Positions 19,801 to 27,669 of a stretch of DNA of 64,000 bases are shown here, in pieces. Origin of the DNA: Minisyncoccota bacterium (GTDB lineage Bacteria > Patescibacteriota > Minisyncoccia > Phycocordibacterales > UBA9973); assembly GCA_041662205.1 (NCBI GenBank), contig JBAZSZ010000001.1, forward strand, positions 81,973 through 145,972, given 5' to 3'. Numbering within the stretch: position 1 is the first letter of the stretch; each line of letters opens with the position of its first letter. A program made the translations under genes and the position numbers. The notes beneath the pieces are model-generated. The model saw nothing but the letters and a program-made list of their open reading frames with translations, did no database searches and was not told where the DNA came from.

Positions 19801-20175
19801 ACTGGATTTAGTGTAACTTCTGGTCAGTCTTGTGTTGGAAACACTGGATCAGAGGGTCAAATTCTCGGATGTGGCAATAGAACAACTGGATTTAGTATAA
19901 CTACTGGTCAATCTTGTATTGGAAATACTGGAGCAGATGAACAAGTGCTCGGTGCTGAAAAATTTATTTTCACACTATTCCTAAAGCAAGGTTCAAAAGG
20001 AGATGAAGTTATGGAGCTTCAGAAATTCTTAAACACTACTAAATATGGTCCATTAGTAATTGATGGAAAATTTGGGAAAAAGACTAAAGAAGCTGTTCTT
20101 AAATTCCAAATAGCAAACGGGCTAAAAGGGGATGGAATCGTAGGACCTCTAACCCGCGCAGTTCTCAATCAATAA
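16876..20175 (+). CDS. Secreted multi-Ig scaffold-like protein with two identical cohesin-like domains and C-terminal peptidoglycan-binding domain
   Basis: Signal peptide; 2x ~110-aa beta-rich domain; DUF5011-like Ig; five Big_2 domains; two divergent B-repeat-like domains; PG_binding_1 (LKQGSKGDEV..LQ..L...DG.FG..T..AV..FQ..NGL..DG.VG..T). Confidence 0.82.
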   Translation: MKYFKSIIKAGMFIAVLTFFVGIGAQAASAATVTRSFSTLTPAAGTSLTVSLAVAMNPADILTLIEETAPVGWVITNPGTGTVGADGILRLNVAATGTEQYTISVPASASGINNFSGVFATLANPVSSPITGSTSVTVAPAPVVDITPPTINLLGTSPIDVTQNTTYTDAGATASDNVDGNITANITTVNPVNTAILGTYTVTYNVSDAAGNPATQVTRTVNVVAVVVPPVTATVTRSFSTLTPAAGTSLTVSLAVAMNPADILTLIEETAPVGWVITNPGTGTVGADGILRLNVAATGTEQYTISVPASASGINNFSGVFATLANPVSSPITGSTSVTVAPAPVVPVLTTINVTSVTPSVVVGNTQQMTATTLDQNGAPIAATVTWSSSNTAVGTIDVTTGMFTAVSAGTTTVMAMNGAVMGTTLVTVTATPVTFTINVTSGANGTITPTGTAGVVTLNSGANQTFTITPNAGFNIQDVLVDGSSVGAVATFTFTNVTANHTISASFASIPVGSFTITSSAGINGNIAPLGALSFAGGTNATYTISPSAGFQVLDVLVDGFSVGAVTTFTFTNITANHTIAASFIATPVLTTITVTPSAPSIQAGTTQQFTAVAKDQNGIALVTQPVFTWTSGNNIVTTIDASGLAQGIVAGGPVLITATSGAVSGTATLTVTAVPVLTSVTVAPPTPSIIVGATQQLTANPLDQNGIAFNGAAIAWSSSDSTIATVDNNGLVTGVAVGTTTITATATSGAITVTGTATITITANPVTPVLTTINVTPVTPSVVVGNTQQMTATTLDQNGAPIAATVTWSSSNTAVGTIDVTTGMFTAVAVGTTTITATSGAVTGTTLVTVTPAPVLTTINVTPVTPSVVVGNTQQMTATTLDQNGAPIAATVTWSSSNTAVGTIDVTTGMFTAVAVGTTTITATSGAVTGTTLVTVTAVPQSSGGGGSFIRPIIVGQVLGAFTGPIAGCGNRTTGFSVTSGQSCVGNTGSEGQILGCGNRTTGFSITTGQSCIGNTGADEQVLGAEKFIFTLFLKQGSKGDEVMELQKFLNTTKYGPLVIDGKFGKKTKEAVLKFQIANGLKGDGIVGPLTRAVLNQ
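16964..17913 (+). repeat. 344-bp intragenic direct repeat (16964..17307 and 17570..17913)
   Basis: Offset 606 bp; translated copies identical. Confidence 0.92.
19181..19680 (+). repeat. 258-bp tandem Big_2 repeat (third related copy from about 17917)
   Basis: VLTTINVT.VTPSVVVGNTQQMTATTLDQNG... occurs three times with near-identical DNA. Confidence 0.88.
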
Positions 20176-20203
20176 GTAAATTATCAGCTTCTTTAAGCTA
20201 AAC

Positions 20204-20234
20204 AAAAAAACCGGATTAGTCCTCCGGTTTTTTT
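20204..20234 (+). terminator. Intrinsic terminator after the scaffold gene
   Basis: AAAAAACCGGA-TTAGTCC-TCCGGTTTTTT. Confidence 0.75.
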
Positions 20235-20288
20235 GTTTTTTTCTTTGTTTTCTGCTAATATAAAAAAAGTTCTTTGAAGAAAATAAAT

Positions 20289-20602
20289 TCCGGGGTAGCT
20301 CAGCGGTAGAGCGGTCGCCTGTGTCAGCATTACGCAGCTTCCTAAGAAAACTTAGGTTGAAAAACAAGGTGAATTCGGGGAAGCCCTTATGGGGTAATCC
20401 CGAGCCAAGCCTCAATATAATATTGAGGAAGGTGTAGAGACTATCCATTTATTGGAGTACATCGGCAAATCGTCGGTGGAAGCGCCTTGCTCCTAAGTTC
20501 TTAAAATCATTTTAAGAATATGGAGATGATATAGTCCACACTTCTAGTAATAGGAGACAAAGTGTAAGCGATTGGTCGTAGGTTCGATCCCTACCCCCGG
20601 AG
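20289..20602 (+). tRNA. tRNA-Asn(GUU), exons 20289..20322 and 20565..20602
   Basis: Joined exons give TCCGGGGTAGCTCAGCGGTAGAGCG-GTCGC CT GT|T AA GCGAT-TGGTCGTAGGTTCGATCCCTACCCCCGGAG. Confidence 0.92.
20323..20564 (+). ncRNA. Group I self-splicing intron (242 nt, no ORF) at tRNA position 35/36
   Basis: U before the 5' splice site; P1 CUGU/GCAG with U:G; core AATCCCGAGCCAAG, P7 strands AGAGACTA and ATATAGTCC; terminal G. Confidence 0.9.
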
Positions 20603-20668
20603 CATTTTTTTAATTCTTATAAATAGATAAGATTTTGATTGTTTTATTTTATTTGATAAAATTAAAAT

Positions 20669-20890
20669 ATGGAAAAAGAAACAACAATTGTTAGTTCAAT
20701 TAATAATAAATGTAAAAATAAAAACGTGTGTGGAACACCTGGGACTATATATGGTTTAGGTTTTATTGGTGCACTTGTTTATTTTATACAACACGCAGAT
20801 AACTTCTGGGTCGGGGCATTGGGAGTTCTGAAGGCCATAACTTGGCCAGCTTTTTTGATATACAAATTGTTTGAATTTTTTAAATTTTAA
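20669..20890 (+). CDS. Small membrane protein
   Basis: Two hydrophobic segments (YGLGFIGALVYFI; WVGALGVLKAITWP); extended -10 box 6 nt upstream. Confidence 0.7.
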   Translation: MEKETTIVSSINNKCKNKNVCGTPGTIYGLGFIGALVYFIQHADNFWVGALGVLKAITWPAFLIYKLFEFFKF

Positions 20891-20914
20891 AATTTCTATA
20901 GATTTAAAAACAAT

Positions 20915-21307
20915 ATGCTAAATCTTAAATGGGCGAAAAGAGGAGTGGTTTGGTCTATCGTCATAATTTTAATTCTCACAATATTAGAATTTCCATCTCC
21001 TATTGGTTTTGAAACTAGGCCACAAGACAATGTTTCTATACTTTGGTTGATTTTTTTTCTTATTATTTTAATAACTGAGATAGTAACTGTCTCACTAATT
21101 TTAAAACATCCCAGACTTGGTGTGAAATTCGCCATCTGTGCAGCTATTTTAAATATTTTACAAATCTTTGCTGACCAATTACACCTTATGCAACCTGAAA
21201 TTGCATCCTTTGGTTATACCTTACTTGAGTATTCTGTTGGGATTGTGGCTTTATTTCTTGCCTATTTTGCATTTAAAATTTATAGATTTATTTCTCCAGC
21301 AGTTTAA
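20915..21307 (+). CDS. Hypothetical four-TM membrane protein
   Basis: Four hydrophobic stretches. Confidence 0.65.
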   Translation: MLNLKWAKRGVVWSIVIILILTILEFPSPIGFETRPQDNVSILWLIFFLIILITEIVTVSLILKHPRLGVKFAICAAILNILQIFADQLHLMQPEIASFGYTLLEYSVGIVALFLAYFAFKIYRFISPAV

Positions 21308-21411
21308 TTTTTTTAATCCTTATTTTCCATAATAGTTATGTGATCTTCATCCCATTGAAAATTTATTTGAAAAAAGTACAAAAGGTATACTGTTCCTGCA
21401 AGGAAAGATCA

Positions 21412-21428
21412 CCCTACCCCCGGAGCCA
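21412..21428 (+). repeat. att-like duplicate of tRNA-Asn 3' end
   Basis: CCCTACCCCCGGAGC at 20589..20603 and 21412..21426; the distal copy ends in CCA. Confidence 0.8.
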
Positions 21429-21513
21429 GAGATTTTTCTAATTTATTTTAGCTTATTTTGTTTTATGTTAAAATTAGTAGGTGGTTGATTATTAATTTTT
21501 TAACAAAAATAAT

Positions 21514-21894
21514 ATGAAAACAAATAGTAAAAAATATGTTGATGGGTTTGTGATACCAATAAAAAAGAAGGATTTAGTAGCTTACAAGAAGATGGCAGAA
21601 TGGGGAGCTCGTATGTGGAAGAAGAATGGCGCCTTGGAATATTTTGAGTGCATAGGAGATGATCTAAAAGTTAAAAAAGGTATGCCACAGAAAGGCTTTA
21701 TTAAACTTGCAGGGCTGAAGGCTGATGAAATTGTTGTGTTCTCTTGGATTATATATAAATCTCGTGCCCATAGAGATCAAGTGAATAAAAAAGTAATGAG
21801 TGACCCAAGCATGAATAATTTTGATCCTTCTACTATGCCCTTTGATATGAGGCGTTTTGCTTCTGGAGGTTTTAAGCCGATAGTTGAAGCCTAG
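21514..21894 (+). CDS. DUF1428 (YbaA-like) protein
   Basis: YVDGFV.P, GALEY.EC.GDD, VVFSWI.Y.SRAHRD, MPFDM.R..GGF. Confidence 0.88.
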   Translation: MKTNSKKYVDGFVIPIKKKDLVAYKKMAEWGARMWKKNGALEYFECIGDDLKVKKGMPQKGFIKLAGLKADEIVVFSWIIYKSRAHRDQVNKKVMSDPSMNNFDPSTMPFDMRRFASGGFKPIVEA

Positions 21895-21976
21895 TCTATT
21901 AAAGAAATTCTAAAATCTTTCAAAGTTTTTTAGTAAAATTTTAATAAAATAAATTAGATTGTGATATACTATAACT

Positions 21977-22186
21977 ATGCAAAAAATAGCCACACGTGTT
22001 TTTATTTATTCATCAATTGCTTTTGGGGTTATAGGAATTTTATTAATTTTGGTCGGAGGACCTGATGGAAATAACCCTACATTGTTGAACCAGAGGTTGC
22101 ACCAACTTCTTTTGATAACTGTTTGTATCATATTACCCTCATTTGCATTAAGTGTTGCTGGTAAATACTTGAACGATAAATCTTAA
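21977..22186 (+). CDS. Small two-TM membrane protein
   Basis: Two hydrophobic helices; extended -10 box 6 nt upstream. Confidence 0.65.
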   Translation: MQKIATRVFIYSSIAFGVIGILLILVGGPDGNNPTLLNQRLHQLLLITVCIILPSFALSVAGKYLNDKS

Positions 22187-22221
22187 TTCTTTTTAAAAAA
22201 ATATTACAATATAAGTATTAA

Positions 22222-22266
22222 GAAACAGCGTAAAAATCACCAAAAAGACGATTTTTACGCTGTTTT
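22222..22266. terminator. Bidirectional hairpin between convergent genes
   Basis: AAACAGCGTAAAAATC...GATTTTTACGCTGTTT inverted repeat. Confidence 0.7.
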
Positions 22267-22283
22267 AGACTTTACAAATGTTT

Positions 22284-22961
22284 TTATAATGCGAAACAAT
22301 AAAAAAGACCAGCACCACCGGTACTTTTTAGATTTTCTAAGCTACAACCACGTGAGAGGTGAGAGGAGTTCCAAGATTTTGAAGGAATATCATTTTGCAG
22401 TCCCACTCTATCGTGATGCCCGAGCATAGCAGATCCTTCGTTGCTTGATGTCCAATTTTTACATGTTGCATCAGTATCAGAAATAATCGCACTACCTTCA
22501 GGGTCTGAACCTGTGAGCATGTCATGCATATTCGGCGTATCTCCTCGCCCATTAATAATTTCTCCTTTTTCAGTTAAGGCAGTTTGTTTATTTAGATTAT
22601 TATTCTCATGTAATTCTGTGAGATTGTTTGCGATAACGATTCCAGCGAAATTAACCCATGGACCATTCCCAATACGATCTCGGGCATTAATGGCTGGTGT
22701 GCCGTCAGTGGTATTCGTACTTAAATAGGCATGCCAAGTTAGACCAGCAGACCCTGCATTTTCAGCCAGGGTTTGGCAGTATTTGTCCGCTCCCGCTATG
22801 CCTCCTAAATCAGCCCCAGAGCCAGGGTTAACACTCGTGACAAAAAAAGTCATTTTCTTTTGGGATTTTAGGGTAGAATTATTGGTTATGATATACCAAC
22901 TTCCTACGATAACGACTAAAAGAAAAATTACACTAACTACTACTGTGATATTTTTATTCAT
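22284..22961 (-). CDS. Membrane-anchored endostatin/C-type-lectin-like protein
   Basis: N-terminal TM; FFVTS...LGGI.GAD..CQ.LA...W.AYLS...ARDRIG.GPW...C.NWTS...LFYCFA. Confidence 0.75.
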   Translation of the reverse strand: MNKNITVVVSVIFLLVVIVGSWYIITNNSTLKSQKKMTFFVTSVNPGSGADLGGIAGADKYCQTLAENAGSAGLTWHAYLSTNTTDGTPAINARDRIGNGPWVNFAGIVIANNLTELHENNNLNKQTALTEKGEIINGRGDTPNMHDMLTGSDPEGSAIISDTDATCKNWTSSNEGSAMLGHHDRVGLQNDIPSKSWNSSHLSRGCSLENLKSTGGAGLFYCFAL

Positions 22962-23211
22962 ATTTATATTTTAAATTTAAAAAAATATTAATAATTTATA
23001 ATATTTAATATATACATTTGTTTTCTTAATTTAAGATTAAAATAAACAGATTCAAACGTAAGTGATATCAAGCTATTGAACCCATTACAGCAATATTGAC
23101 AATTCAGCTTTGAATGGTAATATATCGATGGATGCACTTTGTGATATCCAAAACCGATAAATTAAAATGTCGGAATAAATAATATAAAATAGCCTAGGGC
23201 GAGGAGGAGTT

Positions 23212-24144
23212 ATGGAATTGGAACTGAAACTGCATTATATTGCACTAATCCTGCTTTTGAACGCAAAAGGGGAAGTTTTACTTGCCCGGATGGGGAATAT
23301 CTGGGGGCTTCTTGGTGGGCATGTTGAACCCACTGATGGAAGTAGGGAGGGTGCTGCTACCCGGGAAGTTGAGGAAGAGGCTCAACTGAAAGAAATAACC
23401 GGAAAAAAGAGACTTTTTAGAGCCGATGAAGTAAGACAAAAGGGGTTATATATGTTCGACGTCGATGTCGGACATTGCTATGACGAGAGACCCCCAGGCT
23501 TTCTCTTAAAGGAGAAAATTTCTGAGACTAGATGGTGGAGTATCGAGGCTACCAGTAGTCTTATTTTGACACCGATGGCCATTCGAGCTATCGACTCTTT
23601 GAGGGAAAAAAAAGACCGGTCATTCTTTACGAAATGCCAATACCACTTTGAGTCAATACTGTATGAAGCAGCCCTGCGAGGCTGCGATCGGTTTACTCTC
23701 CTTGACCTAAAGAAGGGACTAGAAAAAAATAACCCCCTCCTTGATTTAATTAACAAGATCCCTGACTCTGACAAACTCTCTAATCAACAGGTGGAGTTTG
23801 AAAAAATCATTGTTATGGTTGATGACGATGAATACACAATACTCACCGTCAGAAAGATGCTTTTAGCTGAGGGGTATCGGGTCTTTATATTCTCAGACCC
23901 AAGAGAGGCTTTGAGATGGTTGGAGAACTCAACCATATACGTTCATGCTTTGATCACCGACCAGAACATGCCCTACATCTCGGGATCAGGGCTCCTCAAG
24001 AAAGTACAGGTGTTAGAGTCTGTTAAGTATTCAAAATTTATTTTAATCAGCGGTGCGGAGGTTTTCCCCGCTGAAAAAGAGGGGTTTGACAATTTTTTCG
24101 TCAGACCAGTCTTGCCCGAAGAATTAATTAGGGCAATATCTTAG
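23212..24144 (+). CDS. NUDIX hydrolase fused to a C-terminal receiver domain
   Basis: Nudix box GGHVEPTDGSREGAATREVEEEA; REC motifs MVDDD, ITDQNMP, ISG, FVRP; SD GAGGAGG. Confidence 0.75.
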   Translation: MELELKLHYIALILLLNAKGEVLLARMGNIWGLLGGHVEPTDGSREGAATREVEEEAQLKEITGKKRLFRADEVRQKGLYMFDVDVGHCYDERPPGFLLKEKISETRWWSIEATSSLILTPMAIRAIDSLREKKDRSFFTKCQYHFESILYEAALRGCDRFTLLDLKKGLEKNNPLLDLINKIPDSDKLSNQQVEFEKIIVMVDDDEYTILTVRKMLLAEGYRVFIFSDPREALRWLENSTIYVHALITDQNMPYISGSGLLKKVQVLESVKYSKFILISGAEVFPAEKEGFDNFFVRPVLPEELIRAIS

Positions 24145-24219
24145 ATCAAATAATCCCCGTTTCGACCTATGTCGGAGCGGGGATTTGCTATTTTTATAGA
24201 ACTATTCATAATAATTAAC

Positions 24220-25782
24220 ATGGCGCGCATACTATATAAAAAAATACTTTCGAGAATCGGAAGGATTCTCACTACAATCTGGCAATATATCTTTGCCCTT
24301 GAGTATGTCCGGTTGCATCAATTAGAAATCACCGAGAGCGAACAAAAGTTCCGCTTGATAGCGGAATCGGTAAATAACGCGATCATCATGTTTGACGACG
24401 CTGGACTCGTGGTGTACTGGAATAAGAGCGCCAAACGAATATTCGGTTATGACGAAAGTGAGGTCCTCGGAAAACCATTTATTCTTGGTATGGATAAAAA
24501 TAAAAATGACTGGAACATAGAGAAAAATACGTCAGTCGAGATGCGAGGGGTGCGGAAAAACGGTAAAGAATTCCCCTTGAAAGTGTCGTATTCATCATGG
24601 AAAGTTGGTGAGAAACAATTTCACACAGCCATCGCCCGAGATGTTGGCCCTTATCGAGCTACAGAACAAAAGCTCCGTGATTATGCTCAAAAAATGGAGG
24701 AAGGCAAAGCATTCGACGACGCACTTCTCTTGAGTATCGCTGATGGCATTTTGGTAACCGACACGTTCGGTAAAATTACTTACATCAACAAAGCGCTTGA
24801 AGAGCTTTGCGGTGTGAAGTCCTGGGAATTGTTGTACCATGATTTGGATGAAAAGATTCCATTTTTCGATGAGCTTGGGAGACGCGTGCCGAAAGAGAAA
24901 CGGCCACTTTATATTGCACTAGATGCCGATAAAAAAAATAATGTATCCTTGGTCTCAACTGCGACGACCTTTCATCTTATCAATAAGAAAGATAAACGAA
25001 TGGTCCCACTCTCGATCAGCTCAGCACCGCTCGTGATTAATGGCGAGATTAAAGGAGCGGTGGTTGTCTGGCGTGATATAACCCATGAAAAGGAAGTCGA
25101 TAAAGCGAAAAGCGAGTTTATTTCTTTTGCTTCACATCAACTTCGCACGCCACTCACCACTATTTCTCTTACCACAGAAATGTTAATGAGGAGTATGGTG
25201 GGCAATATGAGCAAGGAGAATAAAAAATATTTAAAAAATATTTTAAAAGAAGTAAAAGGTATGACAGAAACAATCCAAACGTTTTTGAATATTTCCCGTA
25301 TCGAACTGGACAAATTCGAAATAGAGCTAGAGCCGGTAAAATTATTCGGGATAATAGACGAAATAGCGGAAGAAATACTGCCACAGATCGATAAGAAGAA
25401 AATCCGTTTCAAGAAACAATATAATAAAAATCTACCAACTATGAATTTAGACAGAAGAATTATCAGAATTATCTTAGAAAATTTCCTTTCGAATGCTATA
25501 AAATATTCAAAAATAGGTGGCCAGATAATGCTCCTAGCAAAAGAAACTACCAATAATATTATCATCGAAGTTACAGACAATGGTATTGGTATTCCCAAAA
25601 AAGATCAAGATAAGATATTTACAAAAATGTTTCGGGCGAGAAATGTTTCAGAGCATGCCAATGTAAGTTCAGGACTAGGTCTTTATCTAGTTAAAAATTT
25701 AGCGGAACAAAGTGGCTATAAAATCTCTGTTAAATCAAAAGAAGATAAAGGCAGCACTTTCTCAATTTCCTTACCTCTCTAA
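24220..25782 (+). CDS. Cytoplasmic PAS-PAS sensor histidine kinase
   Basis: Two PAS domains; H-box ASHQLRTPLT; NAIKY, DNGIGI, GLGL boxes. Start moved from 24169 to the ATG downstream of the hairpin. Confidence 0.88.
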   Translation: MARILYKKILSRIGRILTTIWQYIFALEYVRLHQLEITESEQKFRLIAESVNNAIIMFDDAGLVVYWNKSAKRIFGYDESEVLGKPFILGMDKNKNDWNIEKNTSVEMRGVRKNGKEFPLKVSYSSWKVGEKQFHTAIARDVGPYRATEQKLRDYAQKMEEGKAFDDALLLSIADGILVTDTFGKITYINKALEELCGVKSWELLYHDLDEKIPFFDELGRRVPKEKRPLYIALDADKKNNVSLVSTATTFHLINKKDKRMVPLSISSAPLVINGEIKGAVVVWRDITHEKEVDKAKSEFISFASHQLRTPLTTISLTTEMLMRSMVGNMSKENKKYLKNILKEVKGMTETIQTFLNISRIELDKFEIELEPVKLFGIIDEIAEEILPQIDKKKIRFKKQYNKNLPTMNLDRRIIRIILENFLSNAIKYSKIGGQIMLLAKETTNNIIIEVTDNGIGIPKKDQDKIFTKMFRARNVSEHANVSSGLGLYLVKNLAEQSGYKISVKSKEDKGSTFSISLPL

Positions 25783-25870
25783 ATTTTAATCTTAAATTAA
25801 TTTATCTATTTTATAATCTATGGGTGTCCATAGGTCAATATTTATATTTTATTTTTAAAGTGAATAATTA

Positions 25871-26203
25871 ATGAAATTTATAATGTTTGTAAAATGCAAA
25901 GAGGATGTTGAGAGAGATGCTTTGCTTGATGCGAAGGTCTTTGCTGATATGACAAAATTTAATAATAAGCTAGAAAAAGCTAAAGTGTTGGTCACGTTAG
26001 ATGGTCTTCAGCCGAGTTCAAAGGGTGTGCGACTTTCTTATTTAAGCAATAAAGAGCCTATCGCAATGGAAGATCCATGCTCAAATCCAGAGGATTTAAT
26101 CGAAGGTTTTTGGATTATCGATGTTAAATCAAAAGAGGAAGCGATAAATTGGGCGAAACGTGTTCCTTTTAGTGGCGGTGTGGTTGAGGTTCGACCGATA
26201 TAA
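25871..26203 (+). CDS. YciI/DGPF-family protein
   Basis: GLQPSSKGVR, GFWIIDVKSKEEAINWAKR.P, EVRP. Confidence 0.8.
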   Translation: MKFIMFVKCKEDVERDALLDAKVFADMTKFNNKLEKAKVLVTLDGLQPSSKGVRLSYLSNKEPIAMEDPCSNPEDLIEGFWIIDVKSKEEAINWAKRVPFSGGVVEVRPI

Positions 26204-26289
26204 GACATATCAGATTTTCCACTAGATAATGTGATATGATATAAAAGTGGTTGTATTAACTTTATTAAAAATTAATTATTAAAATTTAT

Positions 26290-26706
26290 ATGGCAATTCA
26301 TTTTGAATGGACAAAAAGTATGTCAGTTGGGGAAAATCATATCGACGAACAGCACAAGAAATTGCTGTCGCAACTTAATAAAATTATTGATGCTATAACC
26401 ATAGGAGTAAAATCTAAAGAAACATCTGAAGCTATTGGTTTTTTTGATGAATACATAAAAGAACATTTTTCTTATGAAGAATACTATATGCATGAATATA
26501 GTTATCCTCACGTAGAAGAGCATATAAAAAAACACGATGAATTTATAAAAAGTTACGTTGCTTTTTTGGGTAAATTAAATAGTGGAGAAAATGCGAATGA
26601 TTTGATCATGGAAGTGGAAACCTATCTCGGAGAATGGTGGATAAATCACATTGGAAAAGAAGATCAAAAATATCATTATTTTATTGACAGTATTTCCAAA
26701 AAATAG
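26290..26706 (+). CDS. Bacteriohemerythrin
   Basis: W...SVG...IDEQHKKL, HFSYEE, H...H, WW.NHI...D iron-ligand pattern. Confidence 0.9.
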   Translation: MAIHFEWTKSMSVGENHIDEQHKKLLSQLNKIIDAITIGVKSKETSEAIGFFDEYIKEHFSYEEYYMHEYSYPHVEEHIKKHDEFIKSYVAFLGKLNSGENANDLIMEVETYLGEWWINHIGKEDQKYHYFIDSISKK

Positions 26707-26712
26707 CAACAG

Positions 26713-27432
26713 ATGAATCCTCAAAATTCTATAAAACAGATTGAGCCACATACGAAAAAATTGGGGCAAAAATTAAATCGATTAAGAGCAGCTGTTTTGG
26801 GTGCAAATGATGGTATCGTGTCTACTGCTGCTTTGGTGGTCGGTGTTGCTGGAGCTTCTAATTCTTCTAGTTTTATTTTGACTGCCGGAGTGGCTGGTCT
26901 AGTAGCTGGTGCGATCTCAATGGGAGTAGGTGAATATGTCTCTGTCAGCTCTCAGTGTGACAGTGAAAAAGCTCTCATAGAAAAAGAACGCCAAGAGCAT
27001 ATTGATAGTCCGACAATTGAATTTAAGGAACTTGTAGAAATTTATATTCACAAAGGATTGTCTTCCGAGACTGCTCATAAAGTAGCGGAAGAACTCACTA
27101 ACCATGGAGCATTAATAGCGCATCTTGATGCAGAGCTTGGTATTGACCCGCATGATCTCGTCGATCCGTGGCACGCAGCTTATGTGTCTGTTATCGCTTT
27201 TGTTTGTGGGGGTATTATTCCTCTTGCCATGATTCTCATTCCTTCTGTCACTTGGCGTATCCCCGTTACTTTTTTTGGTGTTTTAGTTGCTTTAATTATT
27301 ACTGGAGCGCTTAGCGCTTATGTTGGGGGAGCAAATAAAAAGACAGCAGTCTTTCGTTTAGTATTTGGTGGTATGTTGGCGATGGCTGTGACATTCGGTA
27401 TTGGAAAACTTCTCGGAGTGGTTGGGATATAA
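26713..27432 (+). CDS. VIT1/CCC1-family Fe/Mn transporter
   Basis: LRAAVLGANDGIVS, AGAISMGVGEYVSVSSQ. Confidence 0.92.
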   Translation: MNPQNSIKQIEPHTKKLGQKLNRLRAAVLGANDGIVSTAALVVGVAGASNSSSFILTAGVAGLVAGAISMGVGEYVSVSSQCDSEKALIEKERQEHIDSPTIEFKELVEIYIHKGLSSETAHKVAEELTNHGALIAHLDAELGIDPHDLVDPWHAAYVSVIAFVCGGIIPLAMILIPSVTWRIPVTFFGVLVALIITGALSAYVGGANKKTAVFRLVFGGMLAMAVTFGIGKLLGVVGI

Positions 27433-27502
27433 TCATATTGTTTTTTAAGAAAAATTAAAGTATACTAAAAAACAGTTTATTAATAATAAAAATATAAAAT
27501 AT

Positions 27503-27634
27503 ATGGCAAAAAGAGGAACCACACTTAGTCCAAAAAATAAATCAAGACGTTCACACAAAACAGCAAAACGTTTAGCTGTGAAGAGAGTAATGATTGCGAA
27601 AAGGGCCCTCAGAAAAACTTCCAACAAAGGTTAA
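27503..27634 (+). CDS. Small basic protein, 43 aa (not in ORF track)
   Basis: MAKRGTTLSPKNKSRRSHKTAKRLAVKRVMIAKRALRKTSNKG; fills the intergenic gap co-directionally. Confidence 0.55.
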   Translation: MAKRGTTLSPKNKSRRSHKTAKRLAVKRVMIAKRALRKTSNKG

Positions 27635-27669
27635 CATTTCGCAAGAACTTTTCTTGTGAAATTAAATAT

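Noticed and set aside
20149-20448. 99-aa minus-strand ORF
   Set aside because: Antisense to a terminator, tRNA-Asn exon 1 and the intron core; no homing-endonuclease motifs.
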